A DNA stretch of 64,000 nucleotides from contig JBFWNW010000002.1 in NCBI GenBank assembly GCA_050250855.1, forward strand, positions 69,925-133,924. The letters are read 5' to 3'. The notes beneath the pieces are model-generated. The model was not told the DNA's origin, ran no database searches, and was given only the letters and a program-made list of their open reading frames with translations. This stretch comes from Candidatus Babeliales bacterium (GTDB lineage: Bacteria; Babelota; Babeliae; Babelales; JACPOV01). Shown piece after piece: positions 35,447-42,230 of this stretch. The translations under genes and the position numbers were made by a program. Within the stretch, counting starts at the first letter, position 1, and every line of letters starts with the position of its first letter.

Positions 35447-36886
35447 ATGAAGAATCATTTTAAAAAATTACTATTGTTCGGATTACTCGGTGCAATGCCT
35501 ACAATTTTTGCTGAGAAAATAAAGCTTGAATCAAGCGATGACAAAAAGTTCGAAATCGAAAAAAAAGCCGCAGAACAATCAATAACTATTAAAAACATGT
35601 TAGCAGATATAGGTGAAGCAACTGATCAACCAATTCCTTTGCCCAATATAGATGGAGCAACGTTGGGGCATATGGTAGAATTTCTTATAAACATAGATAA
35701 AAATCCTCAAGAACTAATTACTTTGATTAAAAATAAAAATTTAGATCTTGAAAATCTTATAAAAATAGTTAATGCAACAAATTATCTTGATATACCTACG
35801 CTCCTTGATGCTGCAACTACAGTTTTAGCAGATCATATTAATGCTACGCAAACAGCTATTAATGATTTTAAAGACAAACTTCCTTTAGATATACTAAAGC
35901 TTCTTGTGCAAAAAATACCAGGAGGAACGTTTAAAGAAACGCCATTCAAAACACTTATGGGGAATACGAACACGGTCTATTCAGTTGCATGGTCACCAGA
36001 TGGCACTAAGCTTGCATCAGTCTCAGATCTCAAGACCATAAAAATATGGGATACCAATACCTGGAAAGAGCTCCAAACCCTTACAGGGCATACAGCCGCG
36101 GTCGATTCAGTAGCATGGTCACCAGATGGCAAAAATCTTGCATCAGGCTCAAGTGACACAACCATAAAAATATGGAATACCAATACCTGGAAAGAGCTCC
36201 AAACTCTTAAAGGGCATACAGCCGTGGTCACTTCAGTAGCATGGTCACCGGATGGCAAAAAGCTTGCATCAGGTTCACATGACAATACCATAAAAATATG
36301 GAATACCAATACCTGGAAAGAGCTCCGAACTCTTACAGGGCATACAGCCGTGGTCACTTCAGTAGCATGGTCACCGGATGGCACTAAGCTTGCATCAGGT
36401 TCACATTCACCTGACAATACCATAAAAATATGGGATGCGAATACCTGGAAAGAGCTCCAAACTCTTACAGGGCATACAGCCGCGCTCACTTCAGTAGCAT
36501 GGTCACCAGATGGCACTAAGCTTGCATCAGGTTCAAATGCATATAGCAACAATACCATAAAAATATGGGATACCAATACCTGGAAAAAGCTCCGAACTCT
36601 TAAGGGGGATACAGCCGCGATCACTTCAGTAGCATGGTCACCAGATGGCAAAAATCTTGCATCAGGCTCAAATGACAAAACCATAAAAATATGGAATGCA
36701 AAAAATGGCACAGAGCTCCAAACTCTTAAAGGGCATACAGCCGCGGTCGATTCAGTAGCATGGTCACCAGATGGCACTAAGCTTGCATCAGGTTCATGGG
36801 AGCTAAAAATATGGGAACGAGAGTCTGAAATAGGAAAAAAATTACAAGAAGTTATAAAAGAAAAAGAAAAAACAACCAGAACCTAA
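35447..36886 (+). CDS. Secreted SKP1-like (BTB/POZ) / F-box-like / 7xWD40 fusion protein, copy 2
   Basis: Same signal peptide and SKP1-like N-terminal domain as copy 1. [13 protein letters not shown], then 7 WD40 blades, some with 2-3 aa loop insertions (HSPDN, NAYSNN). Confidence 0.85.
   Translation: [479 protein letters not shown]
35965..36815 (+). repeat. Seven tandem ~126-bp coding repeats (WD40 blades), copy 2
   Basis: Recurring gcatggtcacc[ag]gatggca...cttgcatcagg...accataaaaatatgg units. Confidence 0.9.
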
Positions 36887-36996
36887 AACAAGAACTGCAG
36901 CTGGCAAGGCATGAAATTGATTTCTTAAATACAGAATTACAATCATTGCAAAGTGAGCTGGATAGATTGGTAAAAATGCTGGGATAATCTAAGCTT

Positions 36997-37731
36997 TCAT
37001 AATAGCTTATAAATATCAGCCCCTTTAGTATATAAAAGGCCTTTTATGCCAAGAGACTCTGCTGAAGCAATATTTTCTTGTTGATCATCAATAAAAACAG
37101 CTTCTTGAGGATCAAAAGCATGTTTTTGCAAAACATGCTCAAAAATAGCTTTTTCTGGTTTTATTAACTGCACTTGGCAAGAAGCGATAATGTCATCAAA
37201 AAGAGCAAATATTTCTGGAAAAGCTTTTTGTAAACAATCAAGGAGCTCGTGATCAATATTAGTAAGCATAAGCAGAGAATACTGATTACTTTCTTTTAAT
37301 GCAGCAATATTCTTTATGAGTTTATTATTCGGCTGCATGGTAGGTATTCTGTTTTTACTATCAAATGATTGCCTCATAGAATTTTTAAATAACTGATATT
37401 CCCATTCTTGTGCAAAATAGCTTTGTTGATCAAGAATCTCTATAAATTGTAGTAATTTTTCTAAAGCTTCTTGATTACTCATAAGTCCTCTCTGCCAAGA
37501 ACAAAAGGATGCTGGCAGATAATTACCACGAAATGCAATAACATCTTGATATTCCCCCGGCATTTCTTCGCGCATTTTATCAAGAATTTCGTAATATTTG
37601 TCATAAGGAGTTGTTCGATACTTACAGAAAAATCTTAATGTACTCAACCAGCCTATTTGCTTTAAAATAACAAGTGGCTTTAAAAAAAATAAAACACCAT
37701 AAAGGTCAAAAATTACTGTCTTTTTCTTCAT
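36997..37731 (-). CDS. HAD-superfamily hydrolase (subfamily IA-like)
   Basis: Motif I VIFDLYGVLF, motif II LTN, motif III KPEKAIF, motif IV FIDDQQEN. No signal peptide. Confidence 0.8.
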   Translation of the reverse strand: MKKKTVIFDLYGVLFFLKPLVILKQIGWLSTLRFFCKYRTTPYDKYYEILDKMREEMPGEYQDVIAFRGNYLPASFCSWQRGLMSNQEALEKLLQFIEILDQQSYFAQEWEYQLFKNSMRQSFDSKNRIPTMQPNNKLIKNIAALKESNQYSLLMLTNIDHELLDCLQKAFPEIFALFDDIIASCQVQLIKPEKAIFEHVLQKHAFDPQEAVFIDDQQENIASAESLGIKGLLYTKGADIYKLL

Positions 37732-37732
37732 A

Positions 37733-38287
37733 TCAACTCATACTAAAAACAAATTGTTTATGCTTTTCATCATAGGCAAGTTTGCCTTTTAAAGATAATT
37801 TTTTTTGCTGCGCTACTTTAGGCAATGGTTCTACTAAAAAAGAATCCTTTGAACTATCAAGATGAAAATGAACGCTATTTGTTTGGCCATCAACAGGGTG
37901 CATGCTGCCATGAAAAGTTCCTTCTAAGGATACCAACTCAAAACCCTCTTTTTCCACTGCTTTTTTTAAACTCTCAAAAGATATATTCTCATTTCTTTTA
38001 GTCCAAAAAAGTTCTATATAACTTTGTTCATAATCTTCTGTTACATTTTTAAAGAGGGGCTCTTCTATGCCATTAATTTTTTTAAGAGCCGTTAATACTG
38101 ATTCAGCACATAGCTCGCACTCAACACCGCTCACTTTTACATAAAAAAGAGAAGCATTCTTTTTCTTTCTCAATAACGTTGAAATTTTTTGTTGATCACT
38201 TTTTTCTGATCTTTTTTTAGTGTAAGGCCCGGCATAGCTGATACAACATACCGTTATTATTATCATTAAAAAAATACTTTTTTTCAT
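37733..38287 (-). CDS. Exported or lipoprotein-like protein with a heavy-metal-associated (HMA)-like domain
   Basis: Start MKKSIFLMIIITVCC at 38287. VKVSGVECELCAESVLTALKKINGIEE resembles the HMA fold and keeps a CxxC pair. Confidence 0.5.
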   Translation of the reverse strand: MKKSIFLMIIITVCCISYAGPYTKKRSEKSDQQKISTLLRKKKNASLFYVKVSGVECELCAESVLTALKKINGIEEPLFKNVTEDYEQSYIELFWTKRNENISFESLKKAVEKEGFELVSLEGTFHGSMHPVDGQTNSVHFHLDSSKDSFLVEPLPKVAQQKKLSLKGKLAYDEKHKQFVFSMS

Positions 38288-38492
38288 AGCACATTCTCTA
38301 TCTTTTATAAAAAAATTATATAATACCAAACAATCACGCCTCTTTATTTTTTTCTTGACAGCACTCTGGTTGCTTGTTAGGATCATCTGTGACTAAAGAA
38401 TTTAACAATGTCCCTAAACGAACAATACGATCTACTGTATTGTTCACCCCCCTAACCCTTCAGCTTTTTCTAAGTTGAAGGGTTTTATTTTT

Positions 38493-38759
38493 CTATCTTT
38501 TTGGCTTTGAAACCTGAAAAATTTGTCCCTTATCATTTTGTAAAATAAGCTGATCTTTACTTACCCCTTTTACAATCCATTCATCATTAAAACGATCGCC
38601 TACTTGATAACTATCTTTATTTTCATAAGAAGCTTTTTGGCAAGACTCTTTAGGTTTTTGCTCAGAGTGTTTAATGCTATCATCTGCAAAAGAGAAAGGA
38701 TCTCGTGCTTGCAAAATAGGAAAACTAATACAGACCAAAAGCATATAATATTTTTTCAT
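38493..38759 (-). CDS. Small secreted PilP-like protein
   Basis: Signal peptide, an RDPF motif, then a short beta-rich C-terminal domain (VGDRFNDEWIVKGVSKDQLILQNDKGQIFQV), as in PilP/GspC HR domains. 4-nt overlap with the upstream gene. Confidence 0.45.
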   Translation of the reverse strand: MKKYYMLLVCISFPILQARDPFSFADDSIKHSEQKPKESCQKASYENKDSYQVGDRFNDEWIVKGVSKDQLILQNDKGQIFQVSKPKR

Positions 38760-39322
38760 ACTCCCACACCTTCATTAAATTTTAATACTAAGGACATTTG
38801 CAACACCGCATCGTGCACTTTTTTTATGTCACAACAATGAATAGTGGTGGCTGGTAAATTTTTTTCAATCACCTGTAATAACTTTATAGAATTTTCAAAA
38901 GACCCCTGTACTGCACTGTGAACTACAGTTCTAGGGCTCCCTTTTTTATTCATTTTTTGTTCAGATGAAAATGACTGCAAAGATAACCCAGATTCTTCAA
39001 CGAGCGAACAAAAAAGCTTGCTATATTCATCAAACGGTAATGCTTTATTTTTTGCCTCTTGTATTGAATCTTTAAGCGTTTTTATTGAGCGCTCAAGATC
39101 ATGAAATAGTCTGTTGTCCTGAATAAGAGTTTGTTGACCTTTTTCTAAGGTAGCTATTCCCTGTTTATAATTTTTTATAGTACTAAGCAAAATACGATAA
39201 CAAGTGCCGTACCATAGAGCAACCAATCCTAGTAGCAATAAACATGAAATACCATACCAAGTTTTAAGTGAAAATTTGCTCGCATATGCGCTGAGCCTAT
39301 ATGGCCGTGCTATAAATTCCAC
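38756..39322 (-). CDS. PilO/GspM-like bitopic membrane protein
   Basis: One TM helix (ISCLLLLGLVALWYG), a coiled-coil stretch, then a ferredoxin-like C-terminal pattern (..VQGSFENSIKLLQVIEKN...). Confidence 0.45.
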   Translation of the reverse strand: MEFIARPYRLSAYASKFSLKTWYGISCLLLLGLVALWYGTCYRILLSTIKNYKQGIATLEKGQQTLIQDNRLFHDLERSIKTLKDSIQEAKNKALPFDEYSKLFCSLVEESGLSLQSFSSEQKMNKKGSPRTVVHSAVQGSFENSIKLLQVIEKNLPATTIHCCDIKKVHDAVLQMSLVLKFNEGVGV

Positions 39323-39336
39323 CTTTTTACCTCATA

Positions 39337-40542
39337 TTAAAAATATTGATTTGTCCATTGTAATGGATCAATTGCTACATTATTAATACGCATTTCCCAA
39401 TGGAGATGATAACCACTTGCATAGCCAGTTTTTCCAAGCGTTCCTATAGGATTACCGCGTTTAACTACGCTACCAACGGCAATATTTTCTGCAAATTCAT
39501 CAAGATGATAGAATAAAGAAAAAACACCATAGCCATGATCAATTACAATAGTGTTACCACTTTCTGCATAACGATTTTTAACGATAACCCTACCGCCCTG
39601 CGTTGCCCATACGACGCTTTTTGGACTGCTAATAACATCTATTGCTTTATGCGTATAACGCCCTTTTTCTTGCGTAGTTCTTATGGTACCAAACTCAGTA
39701 GTAATCGTTTGAATTTCTATAGGCGGATAGAACGAACCATGCCATAGTTTTTCTTGAGGTGATTTTTGCACCAATATCTCTAGTTCTCGCTCAAGTTCTG
39801 CATTGCTCAAACCAAGCTCTTTTTCTTTTTTAAACTGTTCATAATCAACTTTGAGAATCGATTTTTTAAACTGAAATGCAACGACTTGAAATTTGCTCTC
39901 TAGCTTTGAACTATTACCGACATTATCCTGCGCTTCTATAGTAAAAGGATGTTCTGTTGGTGATTCTTCACATGCTATAGGAATAAAACATTCATAAACT
40001 AATGAGTTTTTTGACTCTGGAAAACATATAAAATTATCATCGAGTGTTTTTACAAAAGCAGTTTTTAAAGGCTTATTGGCTTGAAACTGAAGATGCAATG
40101 TTCTGCCTTGAAAAACTTTACTCTCCGTTTGCGGACGCACAAAAGCTGCTCGTAAGGGCTCATTATCAACTAAAAATTCACAGGTGATAGTTTTTTTTGC
40201 TTGATTATACGTACCACTTACTACTTCTGCCTTTAAGGAATGTGCTCCATGCGCAAGATGTTTTGTTGCAAAGGTAAGCGGATGCTCAAAATTCTTTTTG
40301 CCAATTCTTAATTTTGAAATAAGAGGTTTTTCATCAAGCCACACAGAACACTCAGCAACTTTATAAGAATCCTTACCTTCAAGCGTACATTGCACGTCTC
40401 CTGCATAGTAATGCTGATCAATTAATCCTTTGAGCATAATGGTTGGCTCTGCTGTATCAAAAAAGTAGTGGTAATAATTCCATGTAGTATAGCCGCTAAA
40501 AACAAATAATAATGTTATAAGAGCTGTCTTTATATAGTTCAT
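39337..40542 (-). CDS. M23-family metallopeptidase (LytM domain) with an N-terminal membrane anchor
   Basis: HKAIDV, IDHGYGVFSLFYHL and GYHLHWEM (HxH) M23 motifs. 401 aa. Confidence 0.85.
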   Translation of the reverse strand: MNYIKTALITLLFVFSGYTTWNYYHYFFDTAEPTIMLKGLIDQHYYAGDVQCTLEGKDSYKVAECSVWLDEKPLISKLRIGKKNFEHPLTFATKHLAHGAHSLKAEVVSGTYNQAKKTITCEFLVDNEPLRAAFVRPQTESKVFQGRTLHLQFQANKPLKTAFVKTLDDNFICFPESKNSLVYECFIPIACEESPTEHPFTIEAQDNVGNSSKLESKFQVVAFQFKKSILKVDYEQFKKEKELGLSNAELERELEILVQKSPQEKLWHGSFYPPIEIQTITTEFGTIRTTQEKGRYTHKAIDVISSPKSVVWATQGGRVIVKNRYAESGNTIVIDHGYGVFSLFYHLDEFAENIAVGSVVKRGNPIGTLGKTGYASGYHLHWEMRINNVAIDPLQWTNQYF

Positions 40543-40693
40543 AAATAATCCTTGTCATAATCTAGAAAAAAACTCATAAGTAAGTTCAATATAAATCTTT
40601 TTAAAAATAAGGTAAATTGATTATCAGAAAACTATTTCTTTAGCTATACCCCAATTTTACAAATTGCCAATATTTTGCTATAGTAAAAATACT

Positions 40694-41953
40694 ATGGAAA
40701 CCTTAAATAAAGCTCTCATTCCTACATCTCCAGGTATCTATCTCTTTAAAAATAAGGATAATACCATTATCTATATAGGTAAGGCAAAGTCACTCAAAAA
40801 AAGGGTAAATTCCTATTTTCTTAACTATCATAAGGACTGGAAAATTAAGGCTCTTATTGATGAACATACCTCCATAGACCATATTGTTACCAAAACTGAA
40901 CCTGAGGCCCTCCTTCTTGAAGCTCAGCTTATAAAGCAGCATCAGCCCAAATACAATGTTTTGCTCAAAAGCGGACAACCTTTTGTATACCTTTTATTCA
41001 CAGCAGAGCCCTTGCCTCAACTAGAATTAGTAAGAAATAAAAAGAAAAAAGGTACCTATTTTGGGCCATTTTTGCATAAAAAACAGGCCCGTAGTGTTTA
41101 TAGCTACCTTTTAAGAACCTTCCGTCTAGAATGGTGTAAAACAAAAATAAAAGAAGGGTGCTTGCGTTATCATATAGATTTATGCGTTGGGAACTGCCGC
41201 CAAGATTTTAACCCTGATGAATACCTTTTTAGAATAGAATTAACCAAAGATATTCTTAAAGGACATTATGAAAAGTCTTTAAAAGATTTAAAAGAACGCA
41301 TCACGCTCCATAGTAAAAATTTCGAATTTGAAAAAGCAAAAAACTTACACGAATATGTACAAAATTTAGATACTATTTTTGCTACCTTAAAAACAAAATT
41401 TTCTGATAAAAAATATGAACATGATGTTTTTATAGCAACAATGCCGCTTGCACATAAAAAAGAACCTGATCTGAAATTAGCTGAAGAGCTCCAAGCATTT
41501 CTGCAACACCATGACCCTATAAAAACAGTAGATTGTTTTGATATTTCTCATTTTCAAGGTAATTATATTGTAGGCTCATGCGTTCGCTTTACGTATGGCG
41601 TTCCTGATAAACATCATTTTCGTCATTTTAAAATAAAAACATTAGTACAACAAAATGATTATGCTGCATTACAAGAAATTGTGAGCCGTCGGTACAAAAA
41701 TCCTGCTGAAATTCCTGACCTTATTGTTATTGATGGCGGTAAAGGACAATTAAGTGCTGTAAAAGCTATTTTACCAGCTGCACCTTTAGTGAGCCTTGCA
41801 AAACGAGAAGAAAGATTGTTTACTGGTTATAATCCTGAGGGAATTCTTCTTAATCAAAAAACTGAGGTTGGTAAGTTTTTTATTGCTTTACGCGATTATG
41901 CTCATCATTTTGCTATTAGTTATCATAGAAAACGAAGAAATAAAGAGTTATAA
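40694..41953 (+). CDS. uvrC: Excinuclease ABC subunit C, short form lacking the C-terminal (HhH)2 domain
   Basis: GIY-YIG (PGIYLFKNKDNTIIYIGKAKSLKKRVNSYF), UVR domain (FEFEKAKNLHEYVQNLD), RNase H-like endonuclease domain ending in LRDYAHHFAISYHRKRR. ATG at 40694; the track ORF starts at a TTG at 40664. Confidence 0.85.
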   Translation: METLNKALIPTSPGIYLFKNKDNTIIYIGKAKSLKKRVNSYFLNYHKDWKIKALIDEHTSIDHIVTKTEPEALLLEAQLIKQHQPKYNVLLKSGQPFVYLLFTAEPLPQLELVRNKKKKGTYFGPFLHKKQARSVYSYLLRTFRLEWCKTKIKEGCLRYHIDLCVGNCRQDFNPDEYLFRIELTKDILKGHYEKSLKDLKERITLHSKNFEFEKAKNLHEYVQNLDTIFATLKTKFSDKKYEHDVFIATMPLAHKKEPDLKLAEELQAFLQHHDPIKTVDCFDISHFQGNYIVGSCVRFTYGVPDKHHFRHFKIKTLVQQNDYAALQEIVSRRYKNPAEIPDLIVIDGGKGQLSAVKAILPAAPLVSLAKREERLFTGYNPEGILLNQKTEVGKFFIALRDYAHHFAISYHRKRRNKEL

Positions 41954-41985
41954 TATAAGTTAAGAGTTTATTCACAAACTACTAA

Positions 41986-42207
41986 TTGCCGTTCGAATGC
42001 TTCGACAAGCTCAGCACGAACGGATTTTAATACAGATACTTCCTCCGTTCAACCTAATTCTTCGATTGAATATTCAGGAGTAAGTACTGCGCTTAGTAGC
42101 TCACTCCGTTCGCCCTGACCCCTCGTCAGCTTTGCAGCTGCTCGGGACTAAAGGCCACTCGAGGGGAGCCTGCCCTGAGCTTGTCGAATGGGTCGAAGGG
42201 TACGAAC
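41986..42207 (+). repeat. GC-rich MITE-like element with terminal inverted repeats, long copy
   Basis: ttcgacaagctcag at 42001-42014 and its exact reverse complement ctgagcttgtcgaa at 42174-42187. Internal ccgttcg/cgaacgg hairpins. Related to 35262..35379. Confidence 0.75.
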
Positions 42208-42230
42208 ACAAAATTAATTTGGAGATAATT

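Larger units (their letters stand above)
35387..36992 (+). repeat. Tandem duplication unit 2 (leader + WD40 gene + 3' tail)
   Basis: See unit 1. Identity ends at ...ataatctaa. Confidence 0.9.

Noticed and set aside
34034-36777. Long antisense ORFs inside the WD40 genes (34034..34297, 34334..34801, 34847..35110, 35977..36777) with repetitive PSGDHATE... peptides
   Set aside because: They are the reverse-complement shadow of the WD40 repeats. The repeat period keeps the antisense frame open. They lack SD sequences, and the sense strand has a far better domain explanation.
34200-36815. Regular ~126-bp periodic repeats that might be taken for a CRISPR array or satellite
   Set aside because: The repeats are in frame and encode WD40 blades. 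There is no alternation of short invariant repeats with unique spacers. No cas genes or leader are nearby.
42132-42230. N-terminal extension of the ClpB ORF (MQLLGTKGHSRGACPELVEWVEG...) starting at a TTG
   Set aside because: The extension lies entirely within the GC-rich repeat element. The canonical ClpB N-terminus begins at the ATG at 42231, which is preceded by GGAGA.
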